49,001 bases of DNA from Gemmatimonadota bacterium (lineage in GTDB: Bacteria > Gemmatimonadota > Gemmatimonadetes > Palauibacterales > KS3-K002), in contig JBDHJS010000046.1 of assembly GCA_039586795.1 (NCBI GenBank), forward strand, positions 1 to 49,001, written 5' to 3'. Within the stretch, counting starts at the first letter, position 1. Each line of letters begins with the position of its first letter. The notes beneath the pieces are model-generated. The model searched no databases. It was given only the letters and a program-made list of their open reading frames with translations, and had not been told where the DNA came from. Shown piece after piece: positions 28,310 through 37,642 of the stretch. Both the position numbers and the translations under genes were made by a program.

Positions 28310-28546
28310 TCAGGATTCAGTCGGGCCCAAAAGCCCCGCATCCTCTAGCAATTGCCGCGCCAACTCCAGGTCGGTTTCCGCCACCTGCAGCTGTACGCCG
28401 TTCACGACGGGGCCCTGGTGGCCCGGCCCAAAGATCCCGACGTCGTCTGCACGGATCGTGTGGGCGATACCGTTGTTCTCCAGTATTCCCGCCGCAATCC
28501 CGGCCTCCAGGCGGCTGGGGAACTCAGCGACTGTAATTAATTTCAC
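28310..28546 (-). CDS. DUF2007 (PII-like putative signal transducing) protein
   Basis: LITVAEFPSRLEAGIAAGILENNGI...GVQLQVAETDLELARQLL; GTG 28546 after AGGAG. Confidence 0.8.
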   Translation of the reverse strand: MKLITVAEFPSRLEAGIAAGILENNGIAHTIRADDVGIFGPGHQGPVVNGVQLQVAETDLELARQLLEDAGLLGPTES

Positions 28547-28794
28547 ATTTATGCTCCTGCGCTTTAGAGCTTGAGCGATCTCGCATAAGTAATGTCTTCC
28601 ACGGCCTGTTTGCCAACGTCTGAAGATAGCTTCCGGTGGAGCTGCCGGGCCAACCCGCGGCATCAGCGCCACCTTCCAAACGGCGGAACCTTTAGGGGTG
28701 TTCACAGCTTCTTAATAACCGATATCCGTCATTCTGAGAAAGCCGTGCCGACACGGCTGCCCCAACCAGAACCGGGAAAAAGGAGAGTAGAATC

Positions 28795-30837
28795 ATGCGG
28801 TACCCGGTGGTCCTCGTCGTATCTCTTATGCTGGTGACGGCGCCTTTCGCGCTTGCGCAGGCCCAGGATGAAGCGCAGCTAGCGGTGCCCCCGGCCATGC
28901 TCGCCTCGGCCAGAGTCAACCCCGAGCATAGTGAAACCAACCCGGTGATGATCGAGATCACCCGGGGCGACACGATCCTGTTCGAAGGCATCCTGCGGGA
29001 TGATGTGGGCGAGCGTGTCGAGGGTGCACGGTGGGGCATCTACCCAGAGCCGAGCGTGTTCGATGTGCAGTCGATCAAGGACAGCGTACCGGACAGCTAC
29101 ATGCTGTGGGGTGTAGCGCCGGGTGAGACGGAATTGCGCGCTATTCTCATCGTTCCGGGCGAAGAGCAACCGCAGATGCGTCCGTTGTTCAGCGTAGTAG
29201 TTCGCGTGAACGACTGGCCTGCAGCACGGATCGAGATCGAGGATCCGGCCTACGCGCCCTACGTGGGCAGCACGTTCAGCCTGGTGGGACACGTGATCAC
29301 GACCCACGAGACCGAGCACCAGACTGCTAAGCTGAGCTGGACGAGTTCCAACCCGGAGGTCGTTTCGGTTTCCGCGGCAGGTGTAGCCACGTTTCGGAAA
29401 CCCGGCAAATCGGAGATCCGTGCGGAGGCGGAAGGGCTCAGCGCGGTCTACGCCATAGAGGTGGTAGAGAGCCCTGTGGCGGAAGTGGCCATCATGCCTT
29501 CGGCGGAGAGTGTTCGCACCGGGGATGTCGTACGGTTGGGCGTTGAGACGAGCGACCGGGACGGTCGTTTGGTGGATGACGTGCACGTCGCGTACTCCGT
29601 CAGCTCGGTCGAAGGGCCGGATGGTGGCGCGGTGGTCTATAGCGACGGCGCGTTCGTGGCCGAGGAAGCGGGCGCCTATCGCGTCATCGCGACAGCTGGC
29701 GGTCAGGCCGCGTCGACGGTGATCACGGCGGCTCCCCGCAACGCCGACCGGGCTGTGAACTTCGTTTCGCAAGGCCCGGTTGCCCATGTGACGACGAGCG
29801 ACCTCTGGGTCTTCGAGGGTCGGAACGGTCGTGACTATGTATACACGGGGACGCACGCCGATGGCGGCGGCGAACGGATGTTCGTCTGGGACGTAACGGA
29901 TCCCGAGTCACCGTTCCTCACGGACTCGATCTTCGTCGATGCGCGCGTCGTCAATGATGTCAAGATCAACGATGATGCGACGATCGCCGTCATCACCCGT
30001 GAAGGCGCGAGCGACCGGAAGAACGGGATCGTGGTCCTCGACATCGAAGATCCGGCGCACCCGACAATCCTCTCCGAGCTCACCGAGAACCTGACCGCCG
30101 GAATACACAACACCTGGTTCAACGGCGATGTGCTCTACGCGATCAACGATGGCACAGCCGCGGTCCACATCATCGATCTCGTCGACCCGGCAAACCCACA
30201 GCACCTGGGCCGCTTCGAGTGGCGACCCGGCGAAGAGAACAAGTATGTGCATGATGTGTGGGCGGCGGACGGGCTAGCCTATCTGTCCTACTGGGACGAC
30301 GGCTTGATCATCATCGACATCGGAGCCGGTATCAAAGGCGGCACACCGCGTGAGCCGAAGTTCATCTCGCAGTACAAGTATCCCATCGGCAACACCCACA
30401 CGGCGTATCGACATGGTGACTACGTATTCGTGGGAGACGAGATATTCGGCTGCGAGGACTGCACGAACGGTCCGCGCGGCTATATCCATGTCGTCGATGT
30501 GAGCGACATCGAGAACCCGCACGAGGTAGCTCGATTCGAGGTACCGGAAGCGGGTGCTCACAACATCTGGGTCGCAGACGATGTCCTCTACATCGCCTAC
30601 TACCAGGGCGGCCTACGTGTCGTCGATATCTCTGGCGAGCTGCGTGGCGATCTCTACGCCCAGGGCCGCCAAGTCGCCCACTTCCATACGGCGGGCGCCG
30701 AAGGCAAAGCGATGCATCCGAACGCGCCCATGGCCTGGGGCCCGCAGCCCCACAAGGGGTACATCTTCGTTTCCGATATGAATAGCGGGCTGTGGGTCGT
30801 GCAGCTCGAGCCGCCGAAGGAGGCGGTTATACCGTAA
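28795..30837 (+). CDS. Secreted Ig-like (Big_2) domain plus LVIVD-repeat beta-propeller protein
   Basis: Signal peptide; WTSSNPEVVSVSAAGVAT (Big_2); repeats GIVVLDIEDPAHP, HIIDLVDPANP, GLIIIDI, HVVDVSDIENP, GGLRVVDIS. Confidence 0.88.
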   Translation: MRYPVVLVVSLMLVTAPFALAQAQDEAQLAVPPAMLASARVNPEHSETNPVMIEITRGDTILFEGILRDDVGERVEGARWGIYPEPSVFDVQSIKDSVPDSYMLWGVAPGETELRAILIVPGEEQPQMRPLFSVVVRVNDWPAARIEIEDPAYAPYVGSTFSLVGHVITTHETEHQTAKLSWTSSNPEVVSVSAAGVATFRKPGKSEIRAEAEGLSAVYAIEVVESPVAEVAIMPSAESVRTGDVVRLGVETSDRDGRLVDDVHVAYSVSSVEGPDGGAVVYSDGAFVAEEAGAYRVIATAGGQAASTVITAAPRNADRAVNFVSQGPVAHVTTSDLWVFEGRNGRDYVYTGTHADGGGERMFVWDVTDPESPFLTDSIFVDARVVNDVKINDDATIAVITREGASDRKNGIVVLDIEDPAHPTILSELTENLTAGIHNTWFNGDVLYAINDGTAAVHIIDLVDPANPQHLGRFEWRPGEENKYVHDVWAADGLAYLSYWDDGLIIIDIGAGIKGGTPREPKFISQYKYPIGNTHTAYRHGDYVFVGDEIFGCEDCTNGPRGYIHVVDVSDIENPHEVARFEVPEAGAHNIWVADDVLYIAYYQGGLRVVDISGELRGDLYAQGRQVAHFHTAGAEGKAMHPNAPMAWGPQPHKGYIFVSDMNSGLWVVQLEPPKEAVIP

Positions 30838-30927
30838 GACGTAGACGGTAAGCGGTAGACGGTAGACGGTACATGTGGGCAGGTGTTCGACCCACACCGT
30901 CCACTGTCTACCGTCTACTGTCCACCG
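30835..30927. repeat. Heptamer tandem repeats arranged as an inverted pair (long hairpin)
   Basis: TAAGACG-TAGACGG-TAAGCGG-TAGACGG-TAGACGG ... TGTGGG/CCCACA ... CCGTCCA-CTGTCTA-CCGTCTA-CTGTCCA. Confidence 0.85.
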
Positions 30928-30940
30928 AGGAGTAACCACA

Positions 30941-32026
30941 GTGAGTATCATTCTGCCACTTGCGGCCATGCTGACGCTAGCGATCGGTCCCGCCAAACCC
31001 AGCGCCAACTACTACGTGTACGTCGCGAACGAGTCGTCGGACATCGTGAGCCTCGTGCGCTTCGGACCGGATGGCGCCGTTGTCGAGAAAGACATCGAGG
31101 TGGGGATCATGCCGGCCGATATTGACGGCGCCCACGGGCTCAGCGTTGAGCCGGGTGGCAAACATTTCTACGTCACCATCGCGCACGGAACTCCGTTCGG
31201 GAAGATCTGGAAGTTCAGGACGGGCGATGATGTCCTGGTCGATAGCGTGACCCTGGGACGATTCCCGGCCACGATCGGGATCACACCCGACGCCTCCACC
31301 GCGTTTGTCGTGAACTTCAATCTCCACGGCGACCCGGTGCAGTCGACGGTATCCACCGTCTTTCTGCCCGCAATGTTCGAACTCGAACGCATCGACGCCT
31401 GCGTGCGGCCACACGGCGCCCGGGTGAACGGCGCGGGAACCTACGCCTACGCCGTTTGCGTCGGGGACGATCAACTCGTGGAGATATCGGTTGAGCGTCT
31501 GGCGCTGAGTCGCCGACTCTCGGTCCGACCGGGCTCCGAGGGGATCATCAACGGCCCGGACAATCCGGCGACCGGTGAACGCTGTGGACCGACCTGGGTT
31601 GTCCCGTCCCACGACGACCGGGCCCTCTATGTCGCATGCAATGCTCATGGTGATATCTTGGAGATAGACGCCGGGACACTCGACATCACCCGCAGGTTCG
31701 AGGCCGGTAAGGGACCGTACAACCTGGCTGCGACCCCGAACGGCCGCCTGCTCCTCGCCACGAACAAGGGTGAGCAGTCGGTCAGCGTTTTTGACCTGCA
31801 CTCCGGCAACGAGATCGCACGTGTGCCTACGACCCAGCCTGTCACGCACGGAGTAGCCGTCTCTCCGGATAGCCGCTACGCTTTCGTCTCCAATGAGGCG
31901 ATAGGTTCGGTTAGAGGAACGCTAGATGTGATCGATCTCGAGGCTCTGGAACGGGTGGCGTCCGTCGAGGTTCACTATCAGCCCGGCGGTATCGACTTCT
32001 GGAAGATGCAGCCCCTCGGGAGGTAG
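30941..32026 (+). CDS. YncE/YVTN-family beta-propeller protein, secreted
   Basis: GTG start after GAGGAG; YVYVANESSDIVS, PYNLAATPNGR, HGVAVSPDSRYAFVSNE repeats. Confidence 0.88.
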   Translation: MSIILPLAAMLTLAIGPAKPSANYYVYVANESSDIVSLVRFGPDGAVVEKDIEVGIMPADIDGAHGLSVEPGGKHFYVTIAHGTPFGKIWKFRTGDDVLVDSVTLGRFPATIGITPDASTAFVVNFNLHGDPVQSTVSTVFLPAMFELERIDACVRPHGARVNGAGTYAYAVCVGDDQLVEISVERLALSRRLSVRPGSEGIINGPDNPATGERCGPTWVVPSHDDRALYVACNAHGDILEIDAGTLDITRRFEAGKGPYNLAATPNGRLLLATNKGEQSVSVFDLHSGNEIARVPTTQPVTHGVAVSPDSRYAFVSNEAIGSVRGTLDVIDLEALERVASVEVHYQPGGIDFWKMQPLGR

Positions 32027-32028
32027 CG

Positions 32029-33486
32029 ATGGACCTGCTGAATCGGGCAGCGCTTCGGTCGCTCATCGACGAGCGTGATGTGCCCTGTATCTCGTTGTAC
32101 TTACCCACGCACCGAACAGGAAAAGAGATCAAGCAGGACCCGATCCGCTTCAAGAACGTCCTCAAGCAAGCGGAGGAGAGACTGTTGAGGAACGGACTGC
32201 GGCGAAACGAGGCGGAAGAGATTCTGGCGCCTGCGCTGCCGCTGCTCGAGGACGATGATTTCTGGCAGCACCAGGGCGATGGTCTCGCCGTCTTCATCTC
32301 GACGAAGATGTTCCGCTTCTTCCGTCTGCCGTTCGCTTTCTCGGAGCTCGTGGTTGTCACCGACCGCTTTCATGTCAAACCGCTCCTGTCTCTTCTGAGT
32401 GTGGATGGACGCTTCTACGTTCTCGCGTTGAGTCAAAACCAGGTGCGCTTGCTGCAGGGGACTCGGCAGAGCGTCGGCGAGATGAGTCTGGACAGCGTGC
32501 CGAAGAACCTGGCTGAGGCGTTGGGCGCCGAGGAGCGCGAGCGACAGTTGCAACTGCATACCGCGTCGCGTGGTGGATCGGCGATCTTCCACGGCCAGGG
32601 CTCGTCGGGCGATGAGTCCGAGCACAAGAAGGATCTACTACGCTACTTCAAGGCAATCGACAAAGCGCTGCATGACCTGCTCTGCGTCGAGCAGGCGCCA
32701 GTCGTGCTGGCCGGCGTCGACTACCTACAGCCCATCTATCGCGAGGCGAACAGCTGCGCTCAGGTGATGGACGAGGGGATAGACGGAAACCCGGAACGAC
32801 TCAGCGACCGGGAGCTGCACGATCGCGCCTGGGCGATTCTCGAGCCGTATTTCGCCAAGGAGCAGGAGAAAGCGGCGAGCCAGTATCGAGAATTGGCCGG
32901 CGTGGGACGCGCCTCGCACGACCTGGAGCAAATCGTGCCGGCGGCGCACAACGGACGCGTCAGCTCGTTGTTCGTGGCTGTCGGTGTCCAGCAGTGGGGA
33001 GCCTTCGATATGGGCGCCGGCGAAGTGCTGCTGCACCCCGAGCGGGAGCCAGGCGACCAGGACCTGTTGGACCTGGCGGCGGTTCAGACGTTGGTGCACC
33101 AGGGGCAGGTGTATGCCGTGGAACCGGAGAACGTCCCGACCAACGGCGGCGAAGCTTCAATCGCGGCGTTGTTCCTACGGGTCCAGGGCATCGTTGGTCA
33201 GCGTGTTGGCCGGGGCTTCTCGGAAATGGAAAGGCACGAAGACGTTGCCTTTCTGAACGCTGGTTGCGGCCCGCGCCTTGATCGTTATCGTCCCGCGCCT
33301 CGTGCTCAACATCACCATGTCACCGTCGCCCAGTCCCATCTCAGCCAGGTCACTCGGGTTCATCTCGCAGATCGCTTCAGGCTCGATAGCGTGCAGAGCC
33401 TTCGATCTGCGCGTCATCGTTCCGGTGTGCCAGTGCTCCAGCAAGCGACCTGTGTTAAGGATGAACGGATACTCATCGTCCGGTAG
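32029..33486 (+). CDS. baeRF3/baeRF7-type release-factor homologue (Balon-like); native stop apparently lost near 33175
   Basis: PCISLYLPTH, DPIRFKN, DGLAVF, DRFHVKPL, FYVLALSQNQVRL, PVVLAGV, GRVSSLFV, DLLDLAAVQTL...GQVY...IAALF. The last ~100 aa are read-through antisense to fdhF. Confidence 0.85.
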   Translation: MDLLNRAALRSLIDERDVPCISLYLPTHRTGKEIKQDPIRFKNVLKQAEERLLRNGLRRNEAEEILAPALPLLEDDDFWQHQGDGLAVFISTKMFRFFRLPFAFSELVVVTDRFHVKPLLSLLSVDGRFYVLALSQNQVRLLQGTRQSVGEMSLDSVPKNLAEALGAEERERQLQLHTASRGGSAIFHGQGSSGDESEHKKDLLRYFKAIDKALHDLLCVEQAPVVLAGVDYLQPIYREANSCAQVMDEGIDGNPERLSDRELHDRAWAILEPYFAKEQEKAASQYRELAGVGRASHDLEQIVPAAHNGRVSSLFVAVGVQQWGAFDMGAGEVLLHPEREPGDQDLLDLAAVQTLVHQGQVYAVEPENVPTNGGEASIAALFLRVQGIVGQRVGRGFSEMERHEDVAFLNAGCGPRLDRYRPAPRAQHHHVTVAQSHLSQVTRVHLADRFRLDSVQSLRSARHRSGVPVLQQATCVKDERILIVR

Positions 33487-35931
33487 CTCCGCCGCCGGTT
33501 CGTGATCGACGGGAGCGAACTTGCCGCGACCACTCGAGGTGGGGAACCCGTCACCGAACAGGAGCTGGATTCCGTCGCTATTCTGCGGATCGGGGCATGG
33601 CCACAGTTTGCCCGACGGTTTCAAGTTGTCGTAATCGAGCCCCGAGTAGCTGGGCGCCAGCGATGTGAACTCGGCGAAGATCTCCTCGGTGCTCTCGTAC
33701 GTCATCGGGTAGCCCATGCGCGTGCCGATTTCACAGACCAACTCCCAATCGAGTCGCGCCTGACCCGGCGCCGTCAGCGCCCGCTGGCCCACCTGCACGC
33801 GACGGTCCGAGTTGGTATAGGTGCCGTCCTTTTCGAAGAATGACGTTGCCGGCAGGATGACATCCGCGAATTCGGCGGTTTCGGTCAAGAAAATGTCTTG
33901 CACGCAGAGGAAATCGAGATTTGCGAGCGCCTTGCGAACCTTGTTGACGTTGGGGTCCGACAAGAATGGGTTCTCGCCCATCATGTACATCCCTTTGATG
34001 CTGCCTTCCAGCGCGCCCCCGATGATCTCGACGACCGTAAGCCCGGGCTTGGGGTCGAGCGACACGCCCCAGGCCTGCTCGAACTTCCGCTGCGCTTCGG
34101 CGCTCGCCACGCTCTGATAGTCCGGGTACACCATCGGGATGAGCCCGGCGTCGGACGCGCCCTGCACGTTGTTCTGTCCGCGGAGCGGGTGCAGACCGGT
34201 GCCGGGGCGACCGACGTTTCCGGTCAGCAACACCATCGATATCAGGCAGCGGGCGTTGTCGGTGCCCGTCGTATGCTGGGAGATGCCCATCCCCCAAAAG
34301 ACGATCGCCGCGTTTGCCTGACCGAAGATGCGGGCAACATCGCGGATCTTCGCCGCCGGCACGCCGCAGATCTTCTCGGCAATCTCCGGCCTGTACTTCG
34401 CGACCAGCTCCTGTAGTCCCTCAAAGCCCTCCGTGTGTTTGGCGATGTAGTCCCGATCGATCAGGCCCTCAGCGATCATGACGTTCATCATGGCGTTGTA
34501 GAGCGCTACGTCAGAACCCGGCTCGATCTGGAGGAAGTGATGGGCATGGCGGGCAATCCCCGTCTCCCGCGAGTCGATTACGATCAGCGTCGTTCCGTTC
34601 GCCGCCGCGTCCTTGATGAACGTAGCCGCCACCGGGTGATTGTCCGTCGTATTGCTTCCTGTCACGACGGCGACGTCGGCATTGTGAACATCGGCAAACA
34701 CGTTGGTCACCGCCCCGGAGCCGATCGTCTCGAGGAGCGCGGCTACCGAGGAGGCATGACACAAGCGGGTGCAGTGATCAACGTTGTTCGTTCCGAACGC
34801 CGCGCGCACCAGTTTCTGGAAGAGGTACGCCTCTTCATTGCTGCACTTCGCGGAGCCAAACCCGGCCAGCGCAGATGGGCCGCACTCGTCTCTGATCCCG
34901 CGGAGTCGAGACGCGACCAGGTCCAACGCTTCATCCCAGGTCGCTTCGCGAAATGCCGGCATCACCTCGTCGTAGTCCACCAGGCCGCCGGGCTTCTTGC
35001 GCCGCTCGTCCCTAACATCGGAAGACAGCGGACCCTTTGGGTAATGACTGTCGTTGCGGATCAGCGGTACCGTGAGCCGCTGCGGGTGCTTGGCATAGTC
35101 AAATCCGAAGCGGCCTTTCACGCAGAGACGCGAGTCGCTGGCCGGGCTCTCACGGCCCTCGGCGAACACTACGGCGTTCTTGGCCTCATCCACGTGATAG
35201 GTGATCGCGCAGCCGACCCCGCAGTAGGGGCAAACCGAGTCGATCTGTGTCAGGTCCTGGTCGCGTTTGATCGGCACGGTAATTGACTTGATGGTCAGCG
35301 CACCCGTTGGACAGACGGCGGAGCATTCGCCACACGACACACATGTGCTTTGGCCCATCGCGTCGTTCAGGTCGAACGATATGCGGGACAGGTAACCCTT
35401 GCCCGTTCGACCGATGACGTCGTTGTGCTGGACATCGTCGCAGGCGCGGATGCAACGATCGCAGAGAATGCAAGCGGCGTGATCTACCGCGATCACGGGT
35501 GAGGAATCGTCCTGCGGCCTGCCATCGCCGGATGGCAGCTGGGTCCGGGCGGGATCGAGCCCGTAGTCAGAAGCCAGCTCGAGAAGCAGATCGTCGCCGG
35601 TCTTTTCATCGCGCGCCGACCTGGCCGGATAATCGGACAGCAGCAACTCCGTCAGCGACTTGCGGCATCGCTCGACCTTGTCCGTGCTGGTCTTCACGAC
35701 CATCCCATCCGCCGCCTCGCGTACACACGCTGCTGCCAGGACACGCTCCCCCACGTCCACCGCGCACATGCGGCAGACCCCTACGGGCCGTAGTCGCTCG
35801 TCGTGACAGAGAACGGGGATCTCGATTCCCGCATCCCGCGCTGCTTCCCAGATCGTGGCGCCTTCCGGGGCGGTGACGCTCTTGCCGTCTATCGTCAGAG
35901 TGATGGTGCGAGTCGCTGTATCTGTGCTCAT
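33175..35931 (-). CDS. fdhF: NAD-linked formate dehydrogenase alpha subunit (Mo/W-bis-PGD, Cys ligand), C-terminally truncated
   Basis: 2Fe-2S (LCH...VCRMC...AAC), CILCDRCIRAC, CVSCGECSAVCP, CPYCGVGC...LCVKG, NNVDHCTRLCHASS, LRGQNNVQG, TGRLLEHWHTGTMTR. Ends abruptly at DALDP*. Confidence 0.93.
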   Translation of the reverse strand: MSTDTATRTITLTIDGKSVTAPEGATIWEAARDAGIEIPVLCHDERLRPVGVCRMCAVDVGERVLAAACVREAADGMVVKTSTDKVERCRKSLTELLLSDYPARSARDEKTGDDLLLELASDYGLDPARTQLPSGDGRPQDDSSPVIAVDHAACILCDRCIRACDDVQHNDVIGRTGKGYLSRISFDLNDAMGQSTCVSCGECSAVCPTGALTIKSITVPIKRDQDLTQIDSVCPYCGVGCAITYHVDEAKNAVVFAEGRESPASDSRLCVKGRFGFDYAKHPQRLTVPLIRNDSHYPKGPLSSDVRDERRKKPGGLVDYDEVMPAFREATWDEALDLVASRLRGIRDECGPSALAGFGSAKCSNEEAYLFQKLVRAAFGTNNVDHCTRLCHASSVAALLETIGSGAVTNVFADVHNADVAVVTGSNTTDNHPVAATFIKDAAANGTTLIVIDSRETGIARHAHHFLQIEPGSDVALYNAMMNVMIAEGLIDRDYIAKHTEGFEGLQELVAKYRPEIAEKICGVPAAKIRDVARIFGQANAAIVFWGMGISQHTTGTDNARCLISMVLLTGNVGRPGTGLHPLRGQNNVQGASDAGLIPMVYPDYQSVASAEAQRKFEQAWGVSLDPKPGLTVVEIIGGALEGSIKGMYMMGENPFLSDPNVNKVRKALANLDFLCVQDIFLTETAEFADVILPATSFFEKDGTYTNSDRRVQVGQRALTAPGQARLDWELVCEIGTRMGYPMTYESTEEIFAEFTSLAPSYSGLDYDNLKPSGKLWPCPDPQNSDGIQLLFGDGFPTSSGRGKFAPVDHEPAAELPDDEYPFILNTGRLLEHWHTGTMTRRSKALHAIEPEAICEMNPSDLAEMGLGDGDMVMLSTRRGTITIKARAATSVQKGNVFVPFHFREAPANTLTNDALDP

Positions 35932-35985
35932 CCGACTGTCCTCTTACCCGTCAGCTCGCAGCGACAATTCGCCGCGTGTGGTCGC

Positions 35986-37617
35986 TCACTTGCCAGCCGC
36001 TCTCCGGGGTGCGCGGGCGTCGAGCTCGTCGCCCCAATACTTCAACGCTGATGTGATGGGGTTGAGTGCCACCTGACCCAATCCGCATATCGACGTCTCG
36101 GCCAGGGTCACCTCGAGATCCGGAAGCGCTTTCTTGAGCCTCGATCCGTCGGCGCCGGCCAGTATCGCATCGAGCATCGTGACGACCTTCTCGGTGCCGA
36201 CGCGGCAGGGGACGCACTTGCCGCAGGACTCGTTGCGGAAGAAGCGCACCACGTTGGTCGCCGCCTCGATCATGTCGGTCGTCTGGTCGATGACGACGAG
36301 CGCCGCAGAGCCAAGCATGCTTCCCGCCTCGGCAATCGACTCAAAGTCGATCTCGACGTCTACCTTATCGCCGGGCAGGAAGTTCGAGCTCGCTCCACCG
36401 GGCGCGAATGCTTTCAGCTCGCTACCCGGCTTCATGCCGCCGGCCAATTCGATCAGCTCGGAGACTGTTGTGCCCATGGGGATCTCGAAAACGTCCGGCG
36501 AGCGAACGCAGCCAGACACGCCAATGAACTTGAGGCCCGCGTGTCCGCGAACTCCCTGCGATTTCCACCAGTGCGGCCCGCGTTTCACGATGGCCGGGAC
36601 CATCGCCAACGTTTCGACATTGTTGATCAGCGTCGGCTTTCCCCACAGCCCTTTGTTGCCCGGGTAGGGCGGCTTGTTTCGTGGCTCGCCACGCTTGTCC
36701 TCCAACGCCTCGAGCAACGCCGTTTCTTCGCCTAGAATGTATCCGCCGGGTGAAACGAATATCTCGATATCAAAATCCTCGCCCAGGACACCAGCCTGGC
36801 GTGCTCTGTCGATCTCGCGTTGCAGGGAGTGCCGCTCCGGTTCGTATTCGTGGCGGATATAGATCCAGCCGCGTGACGCTCCCGTCACCAGCGCGCCCAG
36901 GCATATCCCCTCGATCACCAGGTGGGGTAGCTCGGACATGATCATGCGGTCCTTAAAAGTCCCGGGCTCGCTCTCGTCGGCATTGCAGATCAAGTACTTG
37001 GGTTGTGCCCGCTCCTTTCTGACCAGCTCCCACTTGAGGCCCGTTGGAAAACCGGCGCCGCCCATTCCGCTGAGCCCGGCCTCTTTCAAGCGCGAGATGA
37101 TCTCCGTGGCGACCGGATCGTCGGGACGATCGCGATAGGACTTGACCACGGCGTAGCCCTCCGATTCGGCATCGGCACCGCGATAGACGTCGATAAGCCA
37201 CTCGCGGCCCGACTTGTCCGACGGGACTGCTTGCAGCTTGCCGGGGTCGCGGGCCAAAGCCGCCACCTGTTCCGCGGTTGCCCCAGTCACGGGAACACCG
37301 TTCACCATTGCGGCGGGTGCGCCTTCGCATCGACCCAGGCATGAGACCTCATGTACTTCGATGTCTCTGTCGCGAGATAGCTGACTACGCAAATCGGCAC
37401 AGAACCGTTCACCGCCGTTTAGGAAGCAGGACAGATCGCGGCAAACCGACACTTCGGACTTCGGTGGGCGTGTCCGCCGAAAGTGTGGGTAGAATGAAAC
37501 GACCTCCTCGATACGGTAGAGAGGCACGCGGACGCGCTCCGCCAGATCGCGCAGATCTTGTTCCAGGAGGTATCCCCGTTGTTCTTGAAGTCGGTTCAGT
37601 TCACCAATCAATTCCAT
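35986..37617 (-). CDS. NuoE-NuoF fusion, diaphorase (beta) subunit of the formate dehydrogenase
   Basis: NuoE-like VSFYPHF..CRDLSC...CLGRC; NuoF-like GMGGAGFPTGLKW, CNADESEPGTFKDR, YILGEETAL, NNVET, ESCGKCVPCRVG, SICGLG. Alternative GTG start 37623. Confidence 0.93.
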   Translation of the reverse strand: MELIGELNRLQEQRGYLLEQDLRDLAERVRVPLYRIEEVVSFYPHFRRTRPPKSEVSVCRDLSCFLNGGERFCADLRSQLSRDRDIEVHEVSCLGRCEGAPAAMVNGVPVTGATAEQVAALARDPGKLQAVPSDKSGREWLIDVYRGADAESEGYAVVKSYRDRPDDPVATEIISRLKEAGLSGMGGAGFPTGLKWELVRKERAQPKYLICNADESEPGTFKDRMIMSELPHLVIEGICLGALVTGASRGWIYIRHEYEPERHSLQREIDRARQAGVLGEDFDIEIFVSPGGYILGEETALLEALEDKRGEPRNKPPYPGNKGLWGKPTLINNVETLAMVPAIVKRGPHWWKSQGVRGHAGLKFIGVSGCVRSPDVFEIPMGTTVSELIELAGGMKPGSELKAFAPGGASSNFLPGDKVDVEIDFESIAEAGSMLGSAALVVIDQTTDMIEAATNVVRFFRNESCGKCVPCRVGTEKVVTMLDAILAGADGSRLKKALPDLEVTLAETSICGLGQVALNPITSALKYWGDELDARAPRRAAGK

Positions 37618-37642
37618 GCTCACCGTCTCCCACGAGCAGGGA

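Noticed and set aside
28620..28790. Hairpins in the leader of the LVIVD gene as a riboswitch
   Set aside because: Short GC-rich stems with no recognisable consensus; not distinguishable from chance
30835..30927. Possible CRISPR array
   Set aside because: 7-nt units without spacers, and no cas genes in the window
33176..33486. Apparent 312-nt genuine overlap of baeRF and fdhF
   Set aside because: The extension is antisense fdhF sequence, better explained by loss of the stop codon at the junction
34750..34790. Selenocysteine at the FDH active site
   Set aside because: The codon is TGT (Cys) in RLCHASS; no in-frame TGA
35986..37623. Respiratory complex I nuo operon
   Set aside because: No other nuo genes; the NuoEF fusion sits directly upstream of the FDH alpha subunit
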